From: an uncultured Alphaproteobacteria bacterium
GTDB lineage: Bacteria; Pseudomonadota; Alphaproteobacteria; RF32; CAG-239
Direction: 5' to 3'
DNA: 64,000 bases
NCBI GenBank assembly: GCA_947588655.1
Contig: CANPYS010000003.1
Coordinates: forward strand, 11,904 to 75,903
Shown here: positions 10,606-19,448 of the stretch, piece after piece
Numbering within the stretch: position 1 is the stretch's first letter
How the letters are laid out: each line of letters starts with the position of its first letter
The notes under the pieces: model-generated
The model's input: the letters and a program-made list of their open reading frames with translations, nothing else
What the model was told of the DNA's origin: nothing
Databases searched by the model: none
Position numbers and translations under genes: made by a program

Positions 10606-10934
10606 TTCACACGCTCCCCAAGATGTATTGCGTAGACATCGCCGTCATATTGTAAGTCGGTATACCTGCCTGGCATGGTTGTTATTTCTTTAATTTTGAA
10701 AGTCATTTTTTCAGGGTTTTTGCGGTACGCCTTTTGAAACTCAACAAAAGGTGCATTCATAGAAAATATATTAAAAATGACATATCCTTGTTTTGAAAAA
10801 TCATAACCTTTGCAAATATTCATAATCCGTTTAAGCCAAAAGGGTGTGGCTTTCCGGAATTCTTGTTTTTTGCGCCCGCTTTTTATTTCCTCAAACCAGT
10901 GATCAGTGAGGACAAGTTTTAATGTGTTAGTCAT
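10602..10934 (-). CDS. ASCH-domain protein
   Basis: 110 aa. The N-terminal LKLVLTDHWFEEIKSGRKKQEFRK fits the ASCH/PUA-like beta-barrel signature. It overlaps the radical SAM gene by 4 bp. Confidence 0.5.
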   Translation of the reverse strand: MTNTLKLVLTDHWFEEIKSGRKKQEFRKATPFWLKRIMNICKGYDFSKQGYVIFNIFSMNAPFVEFQKAYRKNPEKMTFKIKEITTMPGRYTDLQYDGDVYAIHLGERVK

Positions 10935-11145
10935 TTACCGCTGTTTTCCTTATCTTAAATGGTTGTGAGTAAAAGCCAAAATATATAACTCCCTCGCCGA
11001 TTTCTTCGTTTACTGAAAATTCAAGCGTTGAGCCAAAATAAGGCTTAAATACTCTGTTTAGTTCTGAAAATGAAAGACTTTTTATTGTAGTTTTACCGCT
11101 TGCCTTCATGTGTCCTAAATTTTCATAAATAATTTCATAACTCAT
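10927..11145 (-). CDS. hypothetical phage protein
   Basis: 72-aa ORF translationally coupled within the operon. Confidence 0.35.
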   Translation of the reverse strand: MSYEIIYENLGHMKASGKTTIKSLSFSELNRVFKPYFGSTLEFSVNEEIGEGVIYFGFYSQPFKIRKTAVND

Positions 11146-11635
11146 GTGTTACCTCCTCCATAAAGTTTGGGCGCTCATTATAAGTTGCAACAACCGTGCA
11201 TTTTTCATAAAACTCTGGTGGCTCTAAATCCTCCGCCTCGCTCGGCAAAGATTTTATATGCCAAAACCCTCTATCTTTTATAACGTAGCCATAAGTATTA
11301 TCCGCTGTTTTTAACCAATCGCCCTCGTATATTGGTATGTTATTTCGGTCGTATAAGCCGGTAAATTGTTCAACGATGCCCAATTCTACGCTAAACCAGT
11401 CGTAATCTTCACAATAACTGTTACTGCTTATATCGTCTATAATTCTATCTTTTTGTTTTTTGGTTATATCTAGTGGACTTAAAGCATCCACAAGATTATT
11501 GAGCGAAAAGCCGATGCCGCCGTCTGAATAGACAGCGATGTTATCAACATAAAAACCAACCTCTTTTTCTTCGTTATTATCGTCGTAAGTTGTTATCTCA
11601 ATGTATGCTCTAAACTTAAGCTCATCCTTGGTCAT
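11135..11635 (-). CDS. hypothetical phage protein (possibly YopX-like)
   Basis: 166 aa. The N-terminal KFRAY motif and overall size are reminiscent of the YopX family. The assignment is weak. Confidence 0.35.
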   Translation of the reverse strand: MTKDELKFRAYIEITTYDDNNEEKEVGFYVDNIAVYSDGGIGFSLNNLVDALSPLDITKKQKDRIIDDISSNSYCEDYDWFSVELGIVEQFTGLYDRNNIPIYEGDWLKTADNTYGYVIKDRGFWHIKSLPSEAEDLEPPEFYEKCTVVATYNERPNFMEEVTHEL

Positions 11636-12173
11636 TGCCTATCCTTTTTATATCTAAGTGTTCAAAAACAATTTTCTCTGGTAATATGCCGTTACAAAAA
11701 TATCCCACGGCAAAACTTGGTTGCGCGCCGCAATTTATAAAACGAACGCGTCTATCAAATATCATTAATTCAAGTCCTCCCCCCCCCTTAAAAATCCTGT
11801 AAGGCGCGCTGTCATTAAGCCATGTCATAGGCAACATTAACGCAAAAGGCTTTTTAAAAGACTGTACAAGTTCCACAATCTTTGCCTTGTTACTAAAAGG
11901 CGGGTTTGAAACAATCAAATCAAAATCCGGAGCTTTCTGTGCTAATAAGTCATTTTGAAAACTATAAAAATCAACGCCTGTATCTTTATGTGTGTAAATA
12001 ACTTTATGTCCGGCCGCCGATAATACTTTAACAAACTGGCTTTCTTTTTTATCAAACGGACACCAAATTGTTTTTCCTTTAAACCTTTCTAAATATTTTA
12101 GCAATGGTTCAACAGCATAAGCAGGAGTATAACATTCGTCGTTTTTCTCTAGGCTTTTATAGACATACAACAT
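11622..12173 (-). CDS. phage Dam-family DNA N6-adenine methyltransferase
   Basis: 183 aa with an N-terminal ECYTP motif and the catalytic SNPPF (motif IV, D/N/S-PP-Y/F). The gene contains an in-frame C9/G9 homopolymer at 11779-11787. Confidence 0.7.
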   Translation of the reverse strand: MLYVYKSLEKNDECYTPAYAVEPLLKYLERFKGKTIWCPFDKKESQFVKVLSAAGHKVIYTHKDTGVDFYSFQNDLLAQKAPDFDLIVSNPPFSNKAKIVELVQSFKKPFALMLPMTWLNDSAPYRIFKGGGGLELMIFDRRVRFINCGAQPSFAVGYFCNGILPEKIVFEHLDIKRIGNDQG

Positions 12174-12383
12174 CGTTTACCCCTTTCCAAGCAACTACGG
12201 TCAACTCGTCATAACTAATCATTTTTAATCCTTTCAAGCGCCTTTTTTGCAATAATTGCAAAGCAATGTCCGCAACCGCTGTCAAAGCCCTCGCCACCGT
12301 TTAAAGGGCAATCATCGTCATTAACGCAAGACGGCGCGTTTTCTAGAATTTCCCTTAAAGCCTCTATCAATATTAATTCTCTA

Positions 12384-12617
12384 TCAGTCATTTACAATCT
12401 CCCAATCAAACATTGTTATAAACCTTGTGTTTATTTGCTTTAATCGTTGCGTTACTTTGCCTTCTTCTTGGTAATAAAGCCTTATATCATACTTACTGTT
12501 AGACTTGTTTTTTACATAATCAAGAAAATAAACACCTTTAGAATATTTCAAGGTGGCACTTTTTCCAGCTCGTAGTGCCGGTAATACGTCCTCAAACCTC
12601 ATCTGATTGCTCCTCAA
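12384..12617 (-). CDS. hypothetical phage protein
   Basis: 77-aa ORF with no recognisable motif. Confidence 0.35.
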   Translation of the reverse strand: MRSNQMRFEDVLPALRAGKSATLKYSKGVYFLDYVKNKSNSKYDIRLYYQEEGKVTQRLKQINTRFITMFDWEIVND

Positions 12618-12659
12618 TATGCTTTCTTATACCATCAGAAAATTTATCAAATGTATATC

Positions 12660-13256
12660 TCATATTTGACAAATCCTTTCAAATATATATTTACCGTCTT
12701 CAGGTTTTACGGCGTTTCTTAAACACTTTCTAATATCCGTTGTTCCTTTAAACTCGCTCAAATCAAAACCGTATTCTTTTTCCATCTCGCCTATATCATC
12801 TCTTATGTCTGTAAAAGTCTTTTCCGTGTGTTCTTGCGCCATAATATAATCACTTGACCAATAACAATGTCTATCCATCGTAAAGGTCGGCTGTATCAGC
12901 GGTTTATAGTACGGCTTAACGTTCTCAATAACCCACTTGCCTTTGAAAAAGCTCTGCAACCAAATAATCTCTTGATAAAGTGTCATATCAGGGTACTTTA
13001 AGCTTTCGTCATAATAACGTGTCATCTGCAAAACAGAGTGTGTCGGGCAAGGCGGACTAGCCCAAATAAAATCAAACTCTCTAAAGTGCTTACGCAAATA
13101 TTCGTGTGCGTCATCAATGATAACATTGTCATTCGGGAAGAAGTGCTTATAGATATTCGCAACCTCGGATACAATCTCAACCGCTGTTATATCGTGGTTA
13201 TCACCCCAAAGCTTACGATTTCCGCCTATTCCTGCATAAAGGTTTAATATCTTCAT
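12660..13256 (-). CDS. short DNA (cytosine-5)-methyltransferase-like protein
   Basis: 198 aa with motif I LYAGIGG, motif IV ASPPCP (catalytic Cys) and motif VI ENV. It lacks a recognisable TRD and motifs IX/X, so it may be split, truncated or atypical. Confidence 0.6.
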   Translation of the reverse strand: MKILNLYAGIGGNRKLWGDNHDITAVEIVSEVANIYKHFFPNDNVIIDDAHEYLRKHFREFDFIWASPPCPTHSVLQMTRYYDESLKYPDMTLYQEIIWLQSFFKGKWVIENVKPYYKPLIQPTFTMDRHCYWSSDYIMAQEHTEKTFTDIRDDIGEMEKEYGFDLSEFKGTTDIRKCLRNAVKPEDGKYIFERICQI

Positions 13257-13696
13257 TGTTCAAGCATCTCCTCCAAAACTCTTTTAACCTGTGCAGGCGT
13301 GCCGTGGTATATCTTAAGGTTAGTGTATGAATCACGCAATTCTATTAATCCGGAGGTCAGGTTTTTCACGCAACAAACATTTAAAATATTATTGGTTATT
13401 GTAAAGCAATTCTTTCCAAGCGTTTTATATGCTTTATTTTTTTTCGCCCAATCTCTTAACTGCTCAAACGTCTTAACCTCTTTTGGGCGTTCAATACAAC
13501 ATTCAGTCCAGTCTTTGCCTTTGAAGTCGTCAATATTAAAATAACCTATGATTTGCCTATTGCCGCTAAACAGTACCCAAAACATATCTGTGATCTTTGG
13601 CTCTTTTTCCCAAGCACAAACGCACCCTTCTTTATCTTGAGTTATCCAATTAACCCAAGAGAAAACGTCAAAAACACTACTCGCTTTCGTCATCAT
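13253..13696 (-). CDS. hypothetical phage protein (Cys-rich)
   Basis: 147-aa ORF coupled to neighbouring genes. Confidence 0.4.
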   Translation of the reverse strand: MMTKASSVFDVFSWVNWITQDKEGCVCAWEKEPKITDMFWVLFSGNRQIIGYFNIDDFKGKDWTECCIERPKEVKTFEQLRDWAKKNKAYKTLGKNCFTITNNILNVCCVKNLTSGLIELRDSYTNLKIYHGTPAQVKRVLEEMLEQ

Positions 13697-13752
13697 AAAA
13701 GCTCCTACTTTCTCAAATTCCCTTAAATGCTCTATAGCCTTTAAAGCATCTC

Positions 13753-14028
13753 TTAGTTAAGCGCTGTGTCAGGAGCGGCGCACTCCTCAATTCTAAAAGC
13801 GTAATATTTATCGCCAAAGGAAAATTTAACCTCAAAAAGCGGTTGCCTCTCTGTTTTCATTGTGAGTAAAAGAGGAAAAATGCGTGACAATAATGTCTTT
13901 TGATATTTTTTAAAAAATTCCTCCATATCATCAGGCACAAAAACGTTAATATCAATAAAACCGTCTTCCTCTTCGGTTAATTTTATTTCTTTTACCTCAT
14001 TCTCGGTTATTTCTTTTTTAATTGTCAT
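13753..14028 (-). CDS. hypothetical phage protein
   Basis: 91-aa ORF. Confidence 0.35.
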   Translation of the reverse strand: MTIKKEITENEVKEIKLTEEEDGFIDINVFVPDDMEEFFKKYQKTLLSRIFPLLLTMKTERQPLFEVKFSFGDKYYAFRIEECAAPDTALN

Positions 14029-14293
14029 TTACCGCCCCTTTCGTGTGTTTGTTATAATTAAAATTGCTTTCAAGCCAACATTTCATATTGGTAATTTTAT
14101 CCTGATCCCAAGTATTTTTGCGCAAGCGCTCTAAATCCGTAAGCACCGGCGCAATAGCGCTCCAAGCGTTTTTATTTGATAAAGCAACGGCATTGTTTGC
14201 TACGCGGATAACAAGCTCATCAAAAGTTTGTTGGCGCATAATTACCGGTTTGTTGCGCTTGATGAAATATTTAAGATTGCTAAACATGTGCAT
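14018..14293 (-). CDS. hypothetical phage protein
   Basis: 91-aa ORF. Confidence 0.35.
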   Translation of the reverse strand: MHMFSNLKYFIKRNKPVIMRQQTFDELVIRVANNAVALSNKNAWSAIAPVLTDLERLRKNTWDQDKITNMKCWLESNFNYNKHTKGAVNDN

Positions 14294-14445
14294 TTTCCTT
14301 TACCTCCTTGGTTTTAAGTTGCTTTAAAAGTTCTTTTGCTTTAACCTTAACGCGTGCAAGCTCGCTAAAGGGGTTGCCGTAATTTTCGGTTGCTAAATCC
14401 TCTAGCGCGCGGATAATGCGCTTTTCGGCTGTGATGTTAAACGGG

Positions 14446-14631
14446 TTAAGCCGCATTTGAATCCTCCTTTTTCTTTGGCGTTGGGCGCGTCATACAATAT
14501 GTTGTGAAAAGCTTAAGCACGCGTTGGCGGCTCTCAACGTTTCTAAATTCCTGTGAACGCGTGCCACGCGTCCAGTCTTGTAAAGCGCGGTGAGTTAATT
14601 CTAAAATATCTTGTTTGTTCATTTTTGGCAT
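14446..14631 (-). CDS. hypothetical small basic protein
   Basis: The listed ORF was trimmed to an internal ATG (MPKMNKQD...) that abuts the dut stop codon and has an AGGGAG RBS. Confidence 0.3.
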   Translation of the reverse strand: MPKMNKQDILELTHRALQDWTRGTRSQEFRNVESRQRVLKLFTTYCMTRPTPKKKEDSNAA

Positions 14632-14633
14632 AA

Positions 14634-15110
14634 CTAAATACTCCCTGTTGATCCGAAGCCGCTTGCGCCGCGCTCGGTTGGTGTGAGCGTATCTGCTTTT
14701 ATAACGGTTGGTTTGAATATTGGGCAAACAACAAGTTGAGCAATCCGCTCAAGCGGCTCTATGGTTTGCGCAAGATTGCTTGCATTGATAAGGGTTATCC
14801 ATATCTCGCCCCTATAAGACGCGTCTATTGTGCCAAATTGGGCAATTAAACCGCGCTTTGTTAAGCCCGAGCGCGGGCGTACTTGTAATTCATATTGCAA
14901 TGGCGTGCGTTTAGATCCGTCTTTTAATTCTTCCACAAAAAGCGGCGGCGTATCTATTTCAACAGCAATGCCGGTTGGTAAGCTGATGCGTTCGCCGGCG
15001 GCAATTTCTTTTGGCTCGTCAATGGCGGCGCGTATGTCATAACCACTATCGCCATCACGGCTTGCAAGCTCCGGAATATTTGGGAATAGATATTTAACTT
15101 TCAAATCCAT
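14634..15110 (-). CDS. dut: dUTP diphosphatase
   Basis: 158 aa carrying all five dUTPase motifs (SGYDIRA, RPRSGL, GTIDASYRGE, ERIAQL, RGASGFGSTG). Confidence 0.9.
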   Translation of the reverse strand: MDLKVKYLFPNIPELASRDGDSGYDIRAAIDEPKEIAAGERISLPTGIAVEIDTPPLFVEELKDGSKRTPLQYELQVRPRSGLTKRGLIAQFGTIDASYRGEIWITLINASNLAQTIEPLERIAQLVVCPIFKPTVIKADTLTPTERGASGFGSTGSI

Positions 15111-15345
15111 CTCTCTGCTCCTCTGTTAAGTTTTCATAATCTGGCACGCGCGCTAAAATGGTTACGGTAATAAGATTACCTACAAACCAACTCGATTTGC
15201 TTATAATCTGCGCTTGCGGCGCTGGTAGATTATTGTTGAGCCGATAGTCTTTTTTTGTTTCATCAACAGGGTAATATGTTCCAACACACGGTTTGCAATT
15301 TGAAACCATAAAATAGTAATCGCCTGCGGCAAGCGTGTTATTCAT
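15094..15345 (-). CDS. hypothetical phage protein
   Basis: The ORF was trimmed to an internal Met to avoid a long overlap. The start is uncertain. Confidence 0.3.
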   Translation of the reverse strand: MNNTLAAGDYYFMVSNCKPCVGTYYPVDETKKDYRLNNNLPAPQAQIISKSSWFVGNLITVTILARVPDYENLTEEQRDGFES

Positions 15346-15364
15346 ATATTGTGAAGTGAGCTTT

Positions 15365-15616
15365 TTAGCTGTTTGACTGAGTTGCATTTGCCGCCTCCAC
15401 CCTTGATAAAAACCACTCAATAAGATTTTCTTTGAGGTAGCCAACCCTGCCGCCCTCCATACGCACAGGATCTTTAATGCCTATGCCCTTGCTATCGTAG
15501 ACTGCCATTGTTTCGGTTTTATAAAGACCGCCGAGATAATGCCCAATTTTTGCGCGCGCCACTACCGGCGGTAATGACTCCTCCAAATCTGCGCGAAGTT
15601 TTGTTAAATTAACCAT
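15365..15616 (-). CDS. excisionase/AlpA-family DNA-binding protein (putative Xis)
   Basis: 83 aa. The C-terminal RVGYLKENLIEWFLSR resembles the winged-helix Xis/AlpA motif. Confidence 0.4.
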   Translation of the reverse strand: MVNLTKLRADLEESLPPVVARAKIGHYLGGLYKTETMAVYDSKGIGIKDPVRMEGGRVGYLKENLIEWFLSRVEAANATQSNS

Positions 15617-15631
15617 AAAAACAATCCTCCC

Positions 15632-15871
15632 TTATGAATGTGATGGTAATGTTAAGTAATAATGTACGTTGAGGTCGCTCATCTGTTCGTCTTTGAACCT
15701 ATCGCCCGCCCAAAAGGCAAGCCGAACTTGATAATACGGCGCATGATTGTTAAAGCCCGGTTTGTTGATGCGGTTTGGATTTGGCACAAGCACAACATAA
15801 TCTTTCATTTGCGCATCGGTTGTTTGTTCGGGCTTGTTTTGCGGATAAGGTTGCCAATTATTCATAATCAA
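15632..15871 (-). CDS. hypothetical phage protein
   Basis: 79-aa ORF. Confidence 0.3.
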   Translation of the reverse strand: MIMNNWQPYPQNKPEQTTDAQMKDYVVLVPNPNRINKPGFNNHAPYYQVRLAFWAGDRFKDEQMSDLNVHYYLTLPSHS

Positions 15872-16169
15872 CCTCGCCGAATTGTTGGCGCAAGCTATTA
15901 ATCTCTTGCTCCAAAATTACGCTACTAACCTCAATTTGTTTCAAAATCTGTACACAATTATCAAAAGATTTGTTATATGCGTACATATTGTAAGCTGTAA
16001 AGATAACCGCCGCCGCGCCAAAAGCATATAATGCGAGGGTTTTAACCTTGTCTTTGAGCTTTGAGCAAAATATTAACTGCGTTTGCTTTTTTATGCTTTT
16101 ATACTCGTAGATCGTTATTTGAGGTCTTGGCGTTGGCGAAGTTTTGAATTTATTTAATAAGTCTGACAT
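15858..16169 (-). CDS. hypothetical membrane protein (first gene of leftward early operon)
   Basis: 103 aa with a central TM helix. It lies directly downstream of the OL-like operator region. Confidence 0.4.
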   Translation of the reverse strand: MSDLLNKFKTSPTPRPQITIYEYKSIKKQTQLIFCSKLKDKVKTLALYAFGAAAVIFTAYNMYAYNKSFDNCVQILKQIEVSSVILEQEINSLRQQFGEVDYE

Positions 16170-16209
16170 AACTTTAATCTCCCTTAAATTTCATTAACTG
16201 GGATTATTT

Positions 16210-16262
16210 ATAATCGTATTATGATTATTCTGTCAAGAAAAAAATAATCGCATTGTGATTAT
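16210..16262. promoter_or_regulatory. OL-like operator pair (2 x ATAATC-N7-GATTAT)
   Basis: 19-bp palindromic operators at 16210-16228 and 16244-16262. They are identical in form to those in the cI/cro intergenic region. Confidence 0.6.
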
Positions 16263-16366
16263 TTTTATAAACAGGTAATTAAAAACCGCTTAAATAAAGA
16301 CTTTAAGCGGTTGAAAAAATTTATTTGAAATGTTAATTTTATCTTAAAAACATCAAAATCAAACGG

Positions 16367-16882
16367 TTATTTGCTCCACAAAGATAAACCGCCTATTTGT
16401 AATATCGGTGTTGCTTGAGGTTCTTTTTCCGATTCTTGGTAATATTCACCGTAAGGGTTGCCATTATAATGATTGTTGATGAGCGCATAAAAATTATTTA
16501 CTATATTTTCGTAGCAATCATTGCCCTGCATACTAAAAACTTCTTCGCTTGTCTTTAAGTCAACAAAGGATATGGCATAATGATATGAATCTTGGAGGCA
16601 TAATACGCCACAACAACCGCCGGTTCGTCTTACTATATTGTCCGATAGCTCATAACGTGATGTGCGTTTTGCATATCCGCTATCTTTTGTGTCGTTTTTT
16701 ACATACAGCTTATAGCCTGAATTTATAAGCGATTGCTTCAAAACTTGGTGCATTTCTGATAAGTTTGCGGTTGATATAGAAACCGTCTTTTGATTAGTGT
16801 CTATTTGCTGATAAGAAAAGATGTTTTGTGTTTCTGCACATGCGGATAATAGACACACAAAAAGTAATATATATTTTTTCAT
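16367..16882 (-). CDS. prophage lipoprotein (possible moron / superinfection exclusion)
   Basis: 171 aa with a signal peptide and LSAC lipobox. It is co-transcribed downstream of the repressor. Confidence 0.5.
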   Translation of the reverse strand: MKKYILLFVCLLSACAETQNIFSYQQIDTNQKTVSISTANLSEMHQVLKQSLINSGYKLYVKNDTKDSGYAKRTSRYELSDNIVRRTGGCCGVLCLQDSYHYAISFVDLKTSEEVFSMQGNDCYENIVNNFYALINNHYNGNPYGEYYQESEKEPQATPILQIGGLSLWSK

Positions 16883-17242
16883 TTAGTCCCTCTCTTTAAC
16901 TTTATCTGATAGTTTTTCCGGTTGCGAAGTATGTTTTTCATCTTGTGCCGTTTTAAATACATTCGTATTATTTGTATTTTGAGGTGTGGCAAATTTGCGG
17001 AAAGTGCGCAACATTTCCCTTTCTTCAGGCGTTGTTTCTTTTGGTTGCATATCAAGAGGCAAAAGCTCATAAGGCTCAACCTCTAAAACTTCCGCAAGAC
17101 GGCGCATCCAATTTGTGCTAAACTCTATTTGGTCGTTTTCAAGCTTTTGAATAGTGCCTTGTGTAATACCTAGCTTTTCCGCAAGCTCTACCTGAGTCAT
17201 GCCGTGCGCCTTTCTTAATACTTTAATGCGATTTTTTTCCAT
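16883..17242 (-). CDS. cI-like repressor (XRE-family HTH)
   Basis: Started at MEKNRIKVLRKAHGMTQVELAEKLGITQGTIQKLE, preceded by an AAGAGGTG RBS. The HTH_XRE signature is clear. It is divergent from the cro-like gene. Confidence 0.8.
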   Translation of the reverse strand: MEKNRIKVLRKAHGMTQVELAEKLGITQGTIQKLENDQIEFSTNWMRRLAEVLEVEPYELLPLDMQPKETTPEEREMLRTFRKFATPQNTNNTNVFKTAQDEKHTSQPEKLSDKVKERD

Positions 17243-17267
17243 ATTATCACCTCTTTTCTGATTAATT

Positions 17268-17401
17268 ATAATCATTTTATGATTATTTTTCAACAAAAAT
17301 AAGGTCAAAGCAAAAAATAATCACAAAAAAATTATTTTTAATTAGCCTTAATTTGTTTTAATTGATACCATAAATTTAAGAAATAATCACAAAACGATTA
17401 T
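17268..17401. promoter_or_regulatory. OR-like operator region (three ATAATC-N7-GATTAT sites) with divergent promoters
   Basis: Operators at 17268-17286, 17317-17335 (degenerate right half) and 17383-17401 lie between the repressor and cro starts. Confidence 0.6.
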
Positions 17402-17453
17402 TTTTTTATTGCATTTTTTTCTTTTTGCGAACATCATAGTAGCGGAGGTAAAA

Positions 17454-17669
17454 ATGATGACACTTCAAAAATATTTGGAACAGACCAACAAACGTGTTGC
17501 GGATTTGGCGCGCGATTTTAACGTTGTCCATTGCGTTGCGCGGCGTTGGGCAAATGGCGAAGTTATGCCGAGCCGACAAACCATAGAAAAAATCTATGAG
17601 TGGAGCGGTGGCATGGTTGAGCCTAATGATTTTTATAATATTGGCGAAACAGAAAAAGATGAGGGCTAG
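17454..17669 (+). CDS. Cro/YdaS-like HTH regulator
   Basis: 71 aa starting at MMTLQKYLEQT with a GGAGGTAAAAATG RBS. It is small and helical, and sits in the position and orientation of cro. Confidence 0.6.
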   Translation: MMTLQKYLEQTNKRVADLARDFNVVHCVARRWANGEVMPSRQTIEKIYEWSGGMVEPNDFYNIGETEKDEG

Positions 17670-17672
17670 ATA

Positions 17673-18338
17673 ATGCTGAATGCACTTGCTTATATGACGA
17701 AAGACGAGCGTAAAGATCTTGCTAAATATGTGACGGATTTGGAAGCCGCCACAAAAGTTGACACTGAAATAATTTTCAGGGCGATGTGCGAGAAAGGCGT
17801 TAATATCAATACGGCAATCCATTGTAATATGATAAAATGCCAAACATTAATAGAGATGGGCGAGCCTATTTATGCACTTACCGTTGATGACTATGCGCAA
17901 ATTTGCGCACCTAAAACAGAAGAACAGCGCCGGAAAGTCCTATGTGATGTACTGACGGAAAAGAAACTTAATTTTGAAAAAGGAGTAAAAACCATGGAAA
18001 ACAACAGTAAATATAGCGAAACACGCATTGGAAAGGTTTTAGATAAAAAGCCTGAACCGAAAGACGAGCCTGTTATGGATTGCGTTGCAAAAAAAGATGC
18101 CGAGATTGGCGGCATTGCCGCTGACCGCTTGCGTTCTTTTGTTGAACGCATTGAACGGCTTGACGAGGAAAAACGCGGGATAAGTAGCGATATAAACGAT
18201 GTGTTCGCTGAAGCTAAAAGTGCCGGTTTTGATGTCAAGATTATGCGCGTTATCTTGAAGTTGCGTAAAATGAATGCGGCGGACAGAGATGAGCAAGAGA
18301 GTTTAACGGAGCTATACTGCAAGGCTCTTGATATGTAA
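17673..18338 (+). CDS. GapR (DUF2312)-like nucleoid-associated domain fused to an unknown N-terminal domain
   Basis: The C-terminal 80 aa (RLRSFVERIERLDEEKRGISSDINDVFAEAKSAGFDVKIMRVILKLRKM) closely match Caulobacter GapR/DUF2312. The N-terminal 120 aa are unassigned. Confidence 0.6.
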   Translation: MLNALAYMTKDERKDLAKYVTDLEAATKVDTEIIFRAMCEKGVNINTAIHCNMIKCQTLIEMGEPIYALTVDDYAQICAPKTEEQRRKVLCDVLTEKKLNFEKGVKTMENNSKYSETRIGKVLDKKPEPKDEPVMDCVAKKDAEIGGIAADRLRSFVERIERLDEEKRGISSDINDVFAEAKSAGFDVKIMRVILKLRKMNAADRDEQESLTELYCKALDM

Positions 18339-18359
18339 AGCCTCCATAAGGACAGGAAA

Positions 18360-19129
18360 ATGTGCGTATTAGAGGGGGATTGTTTTGAGTTGTTAAATAC
18401 TGTGGCGGACGGCAGTATTGATATGATATTGACTGATCCGCCTTACGGCATTGCTAACGACACAAAAATCACAAGACTTGGCGGATCGCAAAAATTTGCG
18501 AAAGCAAAGGCAATTACGCACGATTTCGGCGCGTGGGATAAATTTGGTGGCTTTGATGATTTTATGAACTTTACTAAGCGTTGGGTTGATTTGTGTGTTC
18601 CGAAATTAAGGGGGGGGGAATGTTTATTGCATTTTTTGATAGGGATAGGATAAATTTTTTATCGCACTACTTGCAATCTCAACACGGATTTAAGTGTAAA
18701 GGGTATTTTTCTTTTATAAAACAAAATCCCGTACCGCAAGCACGCAAGGTAAAATTTCAAAACGGTTGGGAAGAAGCTGTTATGCTCCAAAAGCCGGATG
18801 GAAAGCTCACTTTCAATTATGAGAATGGTCAACAACCTGATTATATTATATTGCCAATATGCAGTGGCAATGAACGGACAGAACACCCAACGCAAAAGCC
18901 GCTTAAGGCTATGTATCCTTTTATCAAATATTTCACGAACAAAAACGATTTAATTTTAGATCCGTTTGCCGGTAGCGGCACAACTGCGGTTGCGGCGCGC
19001 AACTTAGGGCGGCGGTTTATTGTCATGGAAAAAGAGCCAAAATATGCGGAAATAATCCGCAATCGGCTCAATAACTTTAACACAAAGCACGGCAAGCCAA
19101 ACGCCGCGCAAATTAGTTTTAACTTATAA
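18360..19129 (+). pseudogene. beta-class N6-adenine/N4-cytosine DNA methyltransferase interrupted by a frameshift in a G9 tract
   Basis: The N-terminal ORF (18360-18653) carries motif IV DPPY. The C-terminal ORF (18593-19129) carries HPTQKP and motif I DPFAGSGTT. The two are joined out of frame at GGGGGGGGG (18610-18618). A tract of 10 (or 7) Gs would restore the frame. Confidence 0.75.
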
Positions 19130-19148
19130 TTTTAGGGAGATTTTTAAC

Positions 19149-19448
19149 ATGGTTGAGGAAGTAGAAAAGAAAAAAACAGGTTGGGTTGTTCCTGCCGACA
19201 GCGTGGAGGTTATGCGGAACGAGGACGGCGAACTGTTTAAGGAGGCTTTTATCGCTATGCATGATTATAATATGTGTGGTGCGGTTGATTTTCAAAAGCT
19301 ATCGCCGGCGGCAAGAATCCTGTTTAATTCTTTCAAAAATACAATGGATGCAAATTTGTTGCGGTATGAGGCAATTAAAAAGCGGAATCAAGAAAACAGC
19401 AAGGGAAAAAGAAAAAGCGGAGGACGAAAAGGCAATGCTCGTAATTAA
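19149..19448 (+). CDS. hypothetical protein with basic C-terminal tail (candidate iteron-binding protein)
   Basis: 99 aa ending in KGKRKSGGRKGNARN, immediately upstream of the iteron array. Confidence 0.4.
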   Translation: MVEEVEKKKTGWVVPADSVEVMRNEDGELFKEAFIAMHDYNMCGAVDFQKLSPAARILFNSFKNTMDANLLRYEAIKKRNQENSKGKRKSGGRKGNARN

